Assembly: GCA_017416155.1 (NCBI GenBank) | Contig: JAFQDE010000010.1 | Location: 1,476 to 65,475, forward strand | Reading direction: 5' to 3' | DNA: 64,000 nt | Source: Tyzzerella sp. | GTDB lineage: Bacteria; Bacillota; Clostridia; Lachnospirales; Lachnospiraceae | In this document: positions 1 to 10,056 of the stretch, piece by piece | How the letters are laid out: every line of letters begins with the position of its first letter | How positions within the stretch are numbered: position 1 is the stretch's first letter | Program-made: the position numbers and the translations under genes | The notes under the pieces: model-generated | Seen by the model: the letters and a program-made list of their open reading frames with translations, nothing else | What the model was told of the DNA's origin: nothing | The model's database searches: none

Positions 1-715
1 GGTATAACAAGTATGCAATACGATGAAGTGCCACAGAAGTCTTGCCACTTCCTGCTGCACCTTGTATTGCCATAATCTTGTCCTTCGTATTACGAATAAT
101 CGCGTTCTGTTCCTTTTGAATTGTTCGGACGATATTCTTTAACTGTACGTCTCCATTTTTCCCAAGCTCCTGCTTGAGAATATCGTCATCGATTTTGACA
201 TCGCTCTCGAACTCATATATCATCTGGTTATTGCGAATCTTGTATTGCCATTTTGAGATAATCTCACCTTCCATGATTCCGCCCGGTGCCTCATAAGATG
301 CTGCACCCTTATCGTAATCATAGAAAAGCCCACTGACAGGTGCGCGCCAATCATAAATGAGCGGCCTGCTCCCCGCATGTTCTGCAAAATTGCCGATCCC
401 AATGTAGAAGTCTTCTGCTTCTTCATCTCCATCATACAAAAATTCTACATTCCCGAAAAAGGGAGCACCCTGCATCTTTTTCAACCGATGCAACTTCAAA
501 CGATTCTCCTCGTTTGTATTTACCTGCGTTACAAGGGCTCGCCGATTATCAAAATCCTCATAACCATACTGGTCCATCTCAGTGTAGTTCTCCCAGTAAT
601 AATCGTTCATACTGATGATGTCCTTCTGGACTTCCTCAATGACAGTACTCATCTCGGCGATCTTACTATTCAGTTTTTCAGTCACAAGTTTTAAGTGCTG
701 TCTACCCTTGGTCAT
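1..715 (-). CDS. helD: HelD-family UvrD-like helicase / RNA polymerase recycling motor (5' part; runs off the window edge)
   Basis: Manual minus-strand translation from ATG at 715 (RBS AAGGAAAGGA): MTKGRQHLKLV...YWENYTEMDQYGYEDFDN, through to the Walker A region KIMAIQGAAGSGKTSVALHRIAYLL near base 1. Absent from the ORF track because there is no stop in the window. Confidence 0.8.
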   Translation of the reverse strand, partial: MTKGRQHLKLVTEKLNSKIAEMSTVIEEVQKDIISMNDYYWENYTEMDQYGYEDFDNRRALVTQVNTNEENRLKLHRLKKMQGAPFFGNVEFLYDGDEEAEDFYIGIGNFAEHAGSRPLIYDWRAPVSGLFYDYDKGAASYEAPGGIMEGEIISKWQYKIRNNQMIYEFESDVKIDDDILKQELGKNGDVQLKNIVRTIQKEQNAIIRNTKDKIMAIQGAAGSGKTSVALHRIAYLLY

Positions 716-730
716 GATGATTCCTTTCCT

Positions 731-1279
731 TTATTTCATCATCTCTATAATACGTTTATCAATTTCTTGTGCAACAATGTACTCATACGTTGCATTTGGA
801 ACATAATGTTTCCATGGTTTACCTTCTGCCATACATTGTCTAATCATACTGGAGGATATTCCTTTTTCCGTCTTCCTCCATAACACCTGAACGTCGTATC
901 CCCATTTTTCAATGCGTTCTTTTTTGCAATCGCCCCACTCATCTAAAATGGTGATAAAATGGCATGCGTCATCCGGAATATAATACCTTACAAGCTCCGG
1001 ACGTCCAATTGGATACGGCACCAAATCAAACGCATCCCGCAGAATTCCCTGTTCAACTAATGCCGCCTCTATCATCTTCATACGCTCATAATAAGTGCAT
1101 GGATTTGCCACATCTCTGCTTCGATTCACATCTGCCTTCTCAACCGGAGATACACTTGGGTCAGGCGAAGTAATTCCAACGATTAAATGTTCACATTTTG
1201 TTTTTGCTGCCATGACGTATTGCAAATGTTCATTGTGAAAGATTTGAAAACGTCCACACACAACGCCGACTTTCTCCAT
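731..1279 (-). CDS. Cytidyltransferase-like nucleotidyltransferase (NMN/nicotinate-nucleotide adenylyltransferase-like)
   Basis: GRFQIFHNEH (HxGH-like), NPxTYYER and ISSSMIR motifs; start moved to MEKVG after a GGAGG RBS. Confidence 0.7.
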   Translation of the reverse strand: MEKVGVVCGRFQIFHNEHLQYVMAAKTKCEHLIVGITSPDPSVSPVEKADVNRSRDVANPCTYYERMKMIEAALVEQGILRDAFDLVPYPIGRPELVRYYIPDDACHFITILDEWGDCKKERIEKWGYDVQVLWRKTEKGISSSMIRQCMAEGKPWKHYVPNATYEYIVAQEIDKRIIEMMK

Positions 1280-1300
1280 AGTCACTTCCTCCACTCCTCC

Positions 1301-2638
1301 TTAGTATCCGATTACAAGTCCCAATAAAAGCAAACCGCTTGTCAGAATCAAGTTCAATACTTGGAATTTAACACTCCATTTTACCCATTTCCCATACTCC
1401 ACATTTGCAAGTCCGAGGCTGATAAGAAGCACTGGATTCGTCGGATAAAATACATTGGAAAACCCATCTCCAAAAGCAAATGCCACCACACAAAGTTGCG
1501 CGGAGATGTCAAACGCCTCTGCGACCGGAACAATCAGCGGAATCAGTAAAAATGCTTTCGCGGAACCGGATGCTATAAAGAAATTCATAATTAACACAAT
1601 CAGATATATAAACAAGATTACCGCCCATCTCGGTAGTGTACCTGCAACATCAATTGCACCGTTTAAAAGTGTGTCGAGTACATTTCCCTCTACCAAAGTG
1701 TATTTGATAGAATTGGCCATCAAAATCATAAGGACTGCCGGAAGCACGCTTACAAGTCCATTCCAAAATGTCAGTGCAAGCTTGTCTCCATTTCCTGAAA
1801 TAAAACTGGCAATCATACCCGCAAATAAAAATGTCAATGCGACGATAATCATCGTGTAATCCTGAAGAACTGTAATCCATACAGAGCTTAAAACAACTGC
1901 GATACCAACAATCATAAGCCCTACAAACAAAACAAGCCCTTTGTTCATTTTGCTGTTATCATGAAAGTCTGTACTTGAAAGCCCGACATCTGCCACATCT
2001 ATCGGTTTTTCTACTTTCTTCGCGTACAAAAACAAGAATGTCATAAGCAGAACGTATACAAGAACAAATGCAAATGTCCGAAACCACATACCGGAAAACA
2101 TCGGAAGCCCAGCAAGTTCCTGGGCCACACCTATGGTAAATGGATTGCAGATACCTGCTGAAAACCCACAACCGATTGCAAGCAAGCTCATTCCGATACC
2201 GGTGAGTGCATCCCATCCCAAACGAATGGCAAGCGCCACGACAATCGGCACCAATGGCACGCATTCTTCAAAGGAACCGATAAAACTTCCCATTGCCATA
2301 AAAAACAAAACAATAAGTGCCATCAATTTATAACGTTCTTTTCCATAACGAAACGTAATCTTATCTAACATGTATTTCATCAGTCCACATTTTTCGAGGC
2401 AATTAAAAACACCGCCAATTACAAGCAAAAATACAATTACTGCAATCAAGGATACATTTCCCTCTGCGCCAAGCACCAAAACTGGTGAAAGCGCCCATTT
2501 CCAAAATGGGATCCCTGCGTCCGGTACAATAAATGTCAGACTATAAGTCAGTACCATAAGTAGAAATATTACCAAGATTGCCGATATAAATGATTTTACA
2601 CTGATATTTAAACCCTTTTTCTCTGTTGTATGATTCAT
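1301..2638 (-). CDS. YfcC-family (C4-dicarboxylate anaerobic carrier-like) transporter
   Basis: About 12 TM segments; NPFTIGVAQELAGLPMFSG and FGDGFSN...PT motifs. Confidence 0.8.
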   Translation of the reverse strand: MNHTTEKKGLNISVKSFISAILVIFLLMVLTYSLTFIVPDAGIPFWKWALSPVLVLGAEGNVSLIAVIVFLLVIGGVFNCLEKCGLMKYMLDKITFRYGKERYKLMALIVLFFMAMGSFIGSFEECVPLVPIVVALAIRLGWDALTGIGMSLLAIGCGFSAGICNPFTIGVAQELAGLPMFSGMWFRTFAFVLVYVLLMTFLFLYAKKVEKPIDVADVGLSSTDFHDNSKMNKGLVLFVGLMIVGIAVVLSSVWITVLQDYTMIIVALTFLFAGMIASFISGNGDKLALTFWNGLVSVLPAVLMILMANSIKYTLVEGNVLDTLLNGAIDVAGTLPRWAVILFIYLIVLIMNFFIASGSAKAFLLIPLIVPVAEAFDISAQLCVVAFAFGDGFSNVFYPTNPVLLISLGLANVEYGKWVKWSVKFQVLNLILTSGLLLLGLVIGY

Positions 2639-2660
2639 AATGTCATTCCTTTGTTAAACT

Positions 2661-3251
2661 TTATCGTATCGCTTCGATTCCTTGTTGCAGATTCTCTCCG
2701 CTTATCATCCCTCTATTACTTGCAACCACATTTCCGTTTTCATCAAGAAAGAAAGTCATTGGAAGGGAATACACTTGATAGTTATACGCACCTTCCATTT
2801 TTGTATCATAATATACCGGAAATGTATAGCCTTTTTCTGTAATAAATGATGTCGCACTATCCAATGTTTCTTGACCGCCGTCCGTCATATTTACCATTAC
2901 AAACTCTACTTCCTGTCCATACCTTTGATACATTTCTTCAAAATCAGGCATCTCCATCTGGCACGGTCCGCACCAGCTCGCCCAGAAATTCAGCACAATC
3001 GGTTTGCCTGCAAAATCTGATAATTTCGCCTCATTGCCATCCTTGTCCGTCATCGTAAAATCCGGCGCGACATCCTGTTTGTCTTCTTCTTTGTCTGCAC
3101 CTTCTTCGCTCTTGTCTCCGTTATTTTCGTCTTCGAGATGAAAAGAATTGTCCTCCACCTTATCCTTCAATCCGTTATACAAAATAGACGCACCCACAAT
3201 AAAAAATGAAAACAGGATGATACCAAGGCCTAATATTTTCTTATTCTTCAT
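2661..3251 (-). CDS. TlpA/ResA-like membrane-anchored thiol-disulfide oxidoreductase
   Basis: N-terminal TM; LNFWASWCGPC. Confidence 0.9.
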   Translation of the reverse strand: MKNKKILGLGIILFSFFIVGASILYNGLKDKVEDNSFHLEDENNGDKSEEGADKEEDKQDVAPDFTMTDKDGNEAKLSDFAGKPIVLNFWASWCGPCQMEMPDFEEMYQRYGQEVEFVMVNMTDGGQETLDSATSFITEKGYTFPVYYDTKMEGAYNYQVYSLPMTFFLDENGNVVASNRGMISGENLQQGIEAIR

Positions 3252-3259
3252 ATAACCTC

Positions 3260-3928
3260 CTAACTGAGCAGTGAAAGAAAACTTCCAAACATTCCTGTAG
3301 CCATTAGGATACCAATGAGTACCAGAAGTCCACCGCTCGCAATATTGATTGTTCTATAGTGTTTTTTAATAAAATCGAATGTCACCTTCAGCCTGTCAAT
3401 AAGAACTGCGCTGATTAAAAATGGAATCCCAAGACCTACCGAGTACGCCACCAACATAAGTGTTCCTTTAAGCACACTTCCCTGCTGTGAAGCTAACATC
3501 AATGCCGAACCTAAGAAGGTTCCTACACATGGTGTCCATCCGATTGAAAAAATAATTCCGAACAGCATTGCTGAGAAGAATCCCATATTTTCCGGGTTGA
3601 ATTTATGGTTGCCACGATTTCCTTGGAAAAGTTTGAACTTAAACACTCCAAGAAAATTCAAACCAAAGAGAATGACAATCACACCGGAAAATACATTTAC
3701 AACAGTCTGATACTGAATCAGAAATCTTCCCACTGTCCCTGCCAGTGCGCCCATCGCAATAAAAATAATGCTGAACCCCAGCACAAATCCAAGTGCGTTG
3801 ATAATGGTTTTCTTTTGTGCCCGTTCACCGCCCCCGGCAAAGTACGAAATATAAATTGGAAGCATCGGTAACAAGCACGGTGAAATAAACGTGATAATGC
3901 CCTCTAAAAACGAAATCATATATTGCAT
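3260..3928 (-). CDS. ccdA: Cytochrome c biogenesis / DsbD-like membrane protein CcdA
   Basis: FISPCLLP and WTPCVG motifs; adjacent to TlpA. Confidence 0.9.
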   Translation of the reverse strand: MQYMISFLEGIITFISPCLLPMLPIYISYFAGGGERAQKKTIINALGFVLGFSIIFIAMGALAGTVGRFLIQYQTVVNVFSGVIVILFGLNFLGVFKFKLFQGNRGNHKFNPENMGFFSAMLFGIIFSIGWTPCVGTFLGSALMLASQQGSVLKGTLMLVAYSVGLGIPFLISAVLIDRLKVTFDFIKKHYRTINIASGGLLVLIGILMATGMFGSFLSLLS

Positions 3929-4060
3929 AAAATTGTAATCTCCTTTTTCAGTGTCTTATTTTTCTAGTATACTATGCTATGATTTTCTTTGCAATTGTTA
4001 TCATTTGACTGAGTTATATTTATCCCTGCCTCGCATATATTAATAGTGGAGGTACATGCT

Positions 4061-4534
4061 ATGAGTGAAAACAGAAAACTACTTATAAAAAGCATTGCCC
4101 TTCCACTTCTTGTGGGTGCCGTAGCAGGCCTTCTCACGCGGAATGCAATGCAGGATTTTGACGTACTGATAAAACCGCCCCTTTCACCACCCGGATGGCT
4201 GTTTCCTGTCGTGTGGACTATTCTCTACACTTTGATGGGAATCTCAGCCTATCTGATAAAAACAACGGATGCCGATGCTGAAGCAAAATCGGATGCCCTG
4301 ATGATTTACAATTATCAACTGATTGTCAACTTTTTGTGGTCGATTTTCTTCTTTAACTTTGAATGGCGTCTGTTCTCGTTTTTCTGGATACTACTCTTAT
4401 GGGTGCTGATTATACTAATGATACGACAGTTTGACAAAATATCGCAGACAGCCGCATATATAAATCTTCCGTACCTGCTTTGGGTAACATTCGCAGCGTA
4501 TCTGAACTTCGGAATATGGTGGCTGAACCGATAA
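4061..4534 (+). CDS. tspO: TspO/MBR tryptophan-rich sensory protein
   Basis: KPPLSPPGWLFPVVWTILY and PYLLWVTFAAYLN motifs. Confidence 0.9.
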   Translation: MSENRKLLIKSIALPLLVGAVAGLLTRNAMQDFDVLIKPPLSPPGWLFPVVWTILYTLMGISAYLIKTTDADAEAKSDALMIYNYQLIVNFLWSIFFFNFEWRLFSFFWILLLWVLIILMIRQFDKISQTAAYINLPYLLWVTFAAYLNFGIWWLNR

Positions 4535-4544
4535 CACACAAAAA

Positions 4545-4584
4545 AGCCGAGGGTTTATATCAAAATTGATATGCATCCTCGGCT
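4545..4584. terminator. Bidirectional intrinsic terminator
   Basis: AGCCGAGG...CCTCGGCT stem between convergent genes. Confidence 0.6.
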
Positions 4585-4595
4585 GATTTCTTTAA

Positions 4596-5720
4596 CTACT
4601 CCTCTTTCTCGAACGCTTCTGCCACTTCGGCCAGCAATTCTCTTATCTTCAAATGTTGCGGACATATTTTCTCGCATTTTCCGCACTTCACGCAATCCGA
4701 TGCTTTTCCCCCATTCTGTGTATGTATTTCATAGTAACAGTCGCTATTCCAATAATTGTGAATGGTTTTCGCATTGAGGTCGGAAAACAGGTCCGGTATC
4801 GCTATCTTTTGCGGACAGACATCCATGCAATATTTACACCCGGTACATGGAATAAGTCCCTGCGCACTGATGATATCGCGAACTTTAAATACAGCTTCAA
4901 ATTCCTCTTCACTTAATGGTTGGAAATCCTTCATGTAACTGATATTATCGTTCATCTGCTCCATGTTACTCATTCCGGAAAGTACCATCATGATTTGTTC
5001 AAAGCTTGCAGCAAATCGAATCGCGTAACTTGCATTACTTCCTCCCTTGAGTTCGTCAAAGATTTTCTGAGCTTCGGCTGGAATGTTTACCAGGTTACCG
5101 CCTTTTACCGGTTCCATAACAATCACAGGCTTCCCATGTTTCACACATACTTCATAGCATTTTTTCGACTCAATACCGATATCATCATAATCCAGATAGT
5201 TGAACTGAATCTGCACCACTTCTATTTCCGGATACTCAGTCAGTATCTGCTCTAAGACCTCGGCTTTATCGTGGAATGAAATTCCCACATGTTTTACTCT
5301 TCCCTGCTTCTTAAATTCAAACGCGTGTTCATACGCTCTACACTTTTTATATTTGGCAAAAAGTCTTGCATCCTGTGCATGAAGCAAGTAAAAATCAAAA
5401 TAGTCCACGCCACAGATTTCCAGTTGTTTTTCAAAAAGCGGGATGATTTCCTCCTCTTTTTCGAAGAAATATGTTGTCAACTTATTTACTAAGACAAAGT
5501 CCTCTCTTGGATAACGTTTCACAAGGCATTCCCGTAATGTAGGCTCACTTTTCTCGTTGATATATGGGTGTGCAGTATCAAAATAGTTGAATCCATTTTC
5601 CATAAAGCTGTCTATCATTCTAGTTGTTTCTTCATAATCCACCTCATTATCTTTCATTGGAAATCGCATACAACCGAATCCAAAGTTCCCTTTAATTTTA
5701 TCAAAGAATTTATTTTCCAT
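4596..5720 (-). CDS. Aldo/keto reductase with C-terminal 4Fe-4S dicluster domain
   Basis: GFGCMRFP, YFDTAHPY; CTGCKYC..CP and CVKCGKCEKICP. Confidence 0.9.
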   Translation of the reverse strand: MENKFFDKIKGNFGFGCMRFPMKDNEVDYEETTRMIDSFMENGFNYFDTAHPYINEKSEPTLRECLVKRYPREDFVLVNKLTTYFFEKEEEIIPLFEKQLEICGVDYFDFYLLHAQDARLFAKYKKCRAYEHAFEFKKQGRVKHVGISFHDKAEVLEQILTEYPEIEVVQIQFNYLDYDDIGIESKKCYEVCVKHGKPVIVMEPVKGGNLVNIPAEAQKIFDELKGGSNASYAIRFAASFEQIMMVLSGMSNMEQMNDNISYMKDFQPLSEEEFEAVFKVRDIISAQGLIPCTGCKYCMDVCPQKIAIPDLFSDLNAKTIHNYWNSDCYYEIHTQNGGKASDCVKCGKCEKICPQHLKIRELLAEVAEAFEKEE

Positions 5721-5856
5721 AAGCCAATACCTCCTCTCATCTCTAGCATACAACGAATAACTCCCTTTTTGCAATAACAGATTTCTTGCATTTCCCATAT
5801 AATTGGAGTATTCTATTGTTAATAAGTATCGTTAATTTTTACTGGAGGGAAAACAA

Positions 5857-7281
5857 ATGAAAAGAACTACTTCAGACATCATGAAAATGATTCAGGAACA
5901 GGACATTAAGATGGTTGACTTTAAAATTGTTGACATCAATGGTCAGTTCCGCCACGTGACGATTCCGGCTTCTCAATTTACAGAAGACACGATGAAAAAC
6001 GGAATCGGCTTTGACGCTTCTAACTACGGATATGCCGTAGTTGAAAAGAGTGATATGGTATTTATCCCTGATTTGGATACTGCACTCATTGACCCATACT
6101 GCGAGATACCGACGCTCTCTATCACAGGTAATGCAATGGTCATCGATTATCCGGAAAATCGTCCTTTAGATCAGTATCCGAGAAACATTGTTCTTGCAGC
6201 TGAACAGTATATGAAAGATTGTAACATTGCCGATACCATGTTAATCTTACCGGAATTCGAATTTCATATGTTCGACCAGGCAGGGTGGTCTATAACACCT
6301 GATTCTATTGGATTCTCAGTAGACTGCGAACAGGCGTATTGGAACAGTGCGAACCAAGGCCTGGGATGCGTCGTTCCTCATCAGAAAAACTATCACGTTG
6401 CAAAACCATTCGACCGCACTTATGAGTGCCGTTCGGAAATGTGTTTAGAATTGGAAAAGATGGGTATCGAAATTAAATACCATCATCCGGAAGTTGGTGC
6501 TGCCGGTCAGTTTGAAATCGAACCGATGCTTGGGCAAATGTCTAAGATGGCAGACAACACCATGATGATTAAATACGTTATCCACAATACAGCACAGAAA
6601 TACGGCATGACAGCAACATTTATGCCGAAGCCGGTATATCAGGAAGCTGGAAACGGAATGCATGTACATATGTTACTTCTCAAGGATGGAGAGCCTGTTT
6701 TCTCTGATGATGAAGGATACTCACATCTGAGTAAAACAGCTCACTACTTTATGGGCGGCTTATTGAAGCATATTTCTTCACTCTGTGCTATTACGAACCC
6801 AAGTACGAACTCGTTTAAGAGATTAGTACCTGGTTTTGAGGCGCCTGTAACAGTTGGTTATGCTACATCTAACCGCAGTGCAGTTATTCGTATTCCTGCA
6901 TATGCGAAATCTCCGAAGCTTCGCCGTTTCGAGATTCGTAACCCAGATGCAACTTGTAACCCATACCTTTGCTACGCTGCCCTTCTTATGGCAGGTATCG
7001 ACGGTATCAAGAATAAGATTGATCCACATGCAAACGGCTGGGGACCATACGACATGAACCTTTATTCATTGTCCCCGGAAGAAAAAGCAAAATTATCTTC
7101 TCTCCCAACCCGTTTGGAAGATGCTTTGGATGCACTCGAGGCTGACCATGACTACTTGACAGCAGGCGGAGTATTCCCGGAACACTTAATTAAGAACTTC
7201 ATCGCTATGAAGAGAAAAGAGTGCTTCGAGATGTCTAAGATTCCACATCCGGCAGAATTTGATAAATACTTCAACTTATAA
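5857..7281 (+). CDS. glnA: Glutamine synthetase type I
   Basis: HHPEVG..GQFEI, ATFMPKP, GNGMHVH, RLVPGFEAP, NRSAVIRIP, RFEIRNPD. Confidence 0.95.
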   Translation: MKRTTSDIMKMIQEQDIKMVDFKIVDINGQFRHVTIPASQFTEDTMKNGIGFDASNYGYAVVEKSDMVFIPDLDTALIDPYCEIPTLSITGNAMVIDYPENRPLDQYPRNIVLAAEQYMKDCNIADTMLILPEFEFHMFDQAGWSITPDSIGFSVDCEQAYWNSANQGLGCVVPHQKNYHVAKPFDRTYECRSEMCLELEKMGIEIKYHHPEVGAAGQFEIEPMLGQMSKMADNTMMIKYVIHNTAQKYGMTATFMPKPVYQEAGNGMHVHMLLLKDGEPVFSDDEGYSHLSKTAHYFMGGLLKHISSLCAITNPSTNSFKRLVPGFEAPVTVGYATSNRSAVIRIPAYAKSPKLRRFEIRNPDATCNPYLCYAALLMAGIDGIKNKIDPHANGWGPYDMNLYSLSPEEKAKLSSLPTRLEDALDALEADHDYLTAGGVFPEHLIKNFIAMKRKECFEMSKIPHPAEFDKYFNL

Positions 7282-7314
7282 TTGATATGATTTGCGTAGG
7301 TTACGCATAAGAAT

Positions 7315-7342
7315 ACGGGGTATGTTTGATGACATACCCCGT
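7315..7342. terminator. Intrinsic terminator hairpin
   Basis: ACGGGGTATGT...ACATACCCCGT between convergent genes. Confidence 0.65.
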
Positions 7343-7381
7343 TATGTTTGAATTCTTCAGGCTTTCAAAAGCCTGTCTATA

Positions 7382-8023
7382 TTATAATTTTGAATATCCG
7401 TAACTGTTTACGATTGCATCGAGATGTTTTCCTTCTTTGCATAGTGGACACTCATTCGGTGCATACGCTCTGTAATCTGGAATGTCTTCTTCTGTAAAAA
7501 TGCTCTTTACTTCAATTCCGCGAACCTGCTTCACAGAACTGAATACTGCGCAGACTCCACATACTTTTCCACCATAATATTCTACTGCTTCAATCGCACG
7601 ATTTACCGATTTGCCCGTTGTAATCGATGGTGCTAAAATTAGCACCTGTGAATTCACAATCATTCTCTGCACATTGTCGCGGAACAGAATGAGCCCACTC
7701 TGATGATACTCCGGAGATATGATGGAAATGTTATTTCCCTTACTGAACGAAAGTGGACTTCCGTCTGCCAAATGCTCAGCCATAAATGTTCCGATTGTAT
7801 CGGTCTCTTCCAGACAAACAATCGTGTCTACTGCGGTATTGTGTATGTACTCTGTTGCCAATTCTTTGGCGGTCTCTCGACAGTTGTTGTGTCTCGCCTT
7901 GACAGTTGACATATCAATATAGGTATTGATATGTGAGTGGCTGGTAGCAAAATGACCTTTCATAATTTTAATTCTTGCTTTTGGATTCTTCTTCGAGCGA
8001 AGGTCTGTTAATCTTTCGTCCAT
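7382..8023 (-). CDS. Orotate phosphoribosyltransferase-like protein
   Basis: GHFATSHSH; degenerate PRPP-binding loop VLILAPSITTGKS; C-terminal CPLC. Confidence 0.65.
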   Translation of the reverse strand: MDERLTDLRSKKNPKARIKIMKGHFATSHSHINTYIDMSTVKARHNNCRETAKELATEYIHNTAVDTIVCLEETDTIGTFMAEHLADGSPLSFSKGNNISIISPEYHQSGLILFRDNVQRMIVNSQVLILAPSITTGKSVNRAIEAVEYYGGKVCGVCAVFSSVKQVRGIEVKSIFTEEDIPDYRAYAPNECPLCKEGKHLDAIVNSYGYSKL

Positions 8024-8127
8024 ATGCTGCCTCCTTTGTGCTAAATTATTTGATAATTTAGTATACCATATTGGGCTCCCGGACGCAATAAATTGTTAAT
8101 ACAATTCAAGAAATTCTTTCAAATTTT

Positions 8128-8964
8128 CTATATATTAAGAAGTGCAAGTGCAACTAAGATTCCTGCAAGTGCAATCCACTGTCTTTTATTCAGTTTTTCT
8201 TTTAAAAAACAGATACTCACAAGACTCACAACAATAATGGCCCCCACGCTAAAAGTCGGATATGCAATCACAGCCGGTAAAGTCTGTACAGATTTAAGCA
8301 GAAACTTTGCCGAGAAGAAGTTAGGCACACCAATCACAACACCGTAAAGGACATGATATTTACTGACCTTCTCTTTTTTGTATATCGCGAGAGCCCAGCA
8401 AAGCACACACGCCATCGCAAATGTATATAATAAAAACTGTGCGGATAACTCCTCATTTCCCACTTCATCATAGACCTTTGACATGCCATTTGCTCCACCA
8501 TTTGCCAATAGTAGCAGAATTAGCCCCCATTTAAATGAAAGATTCGTCTCCTCTTTCTGTGCATTGATGAGTACAATTGCCGAAAGCGCCAACACAGTCC
8601 CGATACTCTGCATCAGGTTCATTCTCTCTCCAAACACAACCAGAGAAAATACCATCGGAACTAATAATCCCAATTTCATAAATGTAGTGGACATCACAAC
8701 GCCATTTCTCTTGATATTTACTTGTAGAAGGACAAAGCCTGCCAAGTATAAGAATCCATTTATTACGCCTAGTCCCAATGTGGTGCTTATTCCCTCCGTT
8801 GCTGGAAAAACGTTTCCCACTCCGCTTGCTACAAGTGAAAGTATCACACATGTAATATAATTGAAGCCCAACATACTAAGGTCATTGTCCACATGGCGCT
8901 GACTAAGGCGCATGATGATAGAAAGCAATGCACTACACATAATTGCTAATATTAAATAAATCAT
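8128..8964 (-). CDS. DMT/EamA-family transporter
   Basis: About 10 TM segments in two repeats ending FGER / LKEK. Confidence 0.8.
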   Translation of the reverse strand: MIYLILAIMCSALLSIIMRLSQRHVDNDLSMLGFNYITCVILSLVASGVGNVFPATEGISTTLGLGVINGFLYLAGFVLLQVNIKRNGVVMSTTFMKLGLLVPMVFSLVVFGERMNLMQSIGTVLALSAIVLINAQKEETNLSFKWGLILLLLANGGANGMSKVYDEVGNEELSAQFLLYTFAMACVLCWALAIYKKEKVSKYHVLYGVVIGVPNFFSAKFLLKSVQTLPAVIAYPTFSVGAIIVVSLVSICFLKEKLNKRQWIALAGILVALALLNI

Positions 8965-8988
8965 ATATTGGTATCCTCTTTTTCTTCT

Positions 8989-9714
8989 CTATTCGTTTTC
9001 TGTGAGCCGACTGTCTCCGCTCTTATAATCGATTGTAATTCCCGGCTGTGCATTATACACATACACATTGAAACACACGCCCCTTCCGTCATCCTCCACA
9101 GAGTAGGCCTCCATCTGCACTCCGCTGGCAACTAGGTTTCTTCCCTCAAAATGAGGTGTTACGCGATACATGACATGATTGCCTGTCTCTTCTACATATT
9201 CTGCCACCATATTTTCAAACGGAAGCATTCCTTCCACGTTCAGATAGCGAGTTCCGGTAATCAAATTCTTTGTGTTGGCATTCTCACCAGTCAATTGATA
9301 CCCAATCAAATGACAGCGATTGTAGAGATATTTTCCATCTACAATATCGTACTTGATTGTATGCCAACCTGACGGCTTCACTTGTCCAATTGCACCGCGC
9401 TCTTCCGTGGGCATAATTTCTAGACCAACACACGCATACGCAACGCCACACCTACCTAATTCATCCAGCTTGGCATACTTTTCAAAGCATTCGGTTGTTA
9501 AGTTATCGAACTCGGGCTTATTGCCGTTCATTTCAACATATGGCTTGTCGGAATACTCTTCTATTGCTGAGTAATTCTGTTCCGATGCACCTGGTAGAAC
9601 GCCTACCTTTATTAGTTCGCTCCTCACAACTAGGAACGCTAGAATGATATATATGGCTATCCTAATCCATTTGGATGCTTTCGCTGGTTTTGGTCTTTGA
9701 TTTTTCACTTTCAT
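8989..9714 (-). CDS. Membrane-anchored DNA/RNA non-specific endonuclease (DNA-entry nuclease-like)
   Basis: LDELGRCG, YNRCHLIG, NLITGTRYLN motifs; N-terminal TM. Confidence 0.85.
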   Translation of the reverse strand: MKVKNQRPKPAKASKWIRIAIYIILAFLVVRSELIKVGVLPGASEQNYSAIEEYSDKPYVEMNGNKPEFDNLTTECFEKYAKLDELGRCGVAYACVGLEIMPTEERGAIGQVKPSGWHTIKYDIVDGKYLYNRCHLIGYQLTGENANTKNLITGTRYLNVEGMLPFENMVAEYVEETGNHVMYRVTPHFEGRNLVASGVQMEAYSVEDDGRGVCFNVYVYNAQPGITIDYKSGDSRLTENE

Positions 9715-9791
9715 TACTTCCTTACATTTCATCGTTAAGAAAATTTTATCATAGATATGAATGAACTTCAAAAGATTTCTTATCACAAAAA

Positions 9792-9819
9792 TGGTAGAGA
9801 ACTAAATTGTTCTCCACCA
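9792..9819 (-). terminator. Terminator overlapping the end of the displaced spoIIID 3' half
   Basis: Minus strand TGGTGGAGAAC-loop-GTTCTCTACCA followed by TTTTT. Confidence 0.6.
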
Positions 9820-9963
9820 ATTCCCCTTCTGCTCCATATGTAAATACTTTTCCTTCGTTGCCATTCCTCCGCGGATATGACGCTCGGATTTGTTCACGTC
9901 TAAAACCTTTCTCGCCTCTGATGCGAGAGTTGGGTTAATTTGCGACAGACGCTCAGCAACATC
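9802..9963 (-). pseudogene. spoIIID: Displaced 3' half of spoIIID (from codon D40)
   Basis: DVAERLSQINPTLASEARKVLDVNKSERHIRGGMATKEKYLHM aligns with residues 40 onward of the SpoIIID at 14310-14585; no SpoIIID N-terminus upstream. Confidence 0.9.
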
Positions 9964-9975
9964 TGCTTGTGTCAA
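9961..9975 (-). repeat. Putative att junction (downstream end of islet)
   Basis: Minus strand TTGACACAAGCAGAT immediately before GTT GCT GAG (VAE). Confidence 0.6.
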
Positions 9976-10056
9976 TATATAACCAAACATTTTTATTTTG
10001 ATTTCCGCTCTTTTAAATAATTTTAGTTTTTGCCTTACCACCAACTTTTTTCTAAA

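Noticed and set aside
9964-10044. N-terminal part of the 80-aa ORF 9802..10044 as a real second SpoIIID
   Set aside because: Residues before D40 are unrelated islet sequence with no convincing RBS; treated as a gene remnant.
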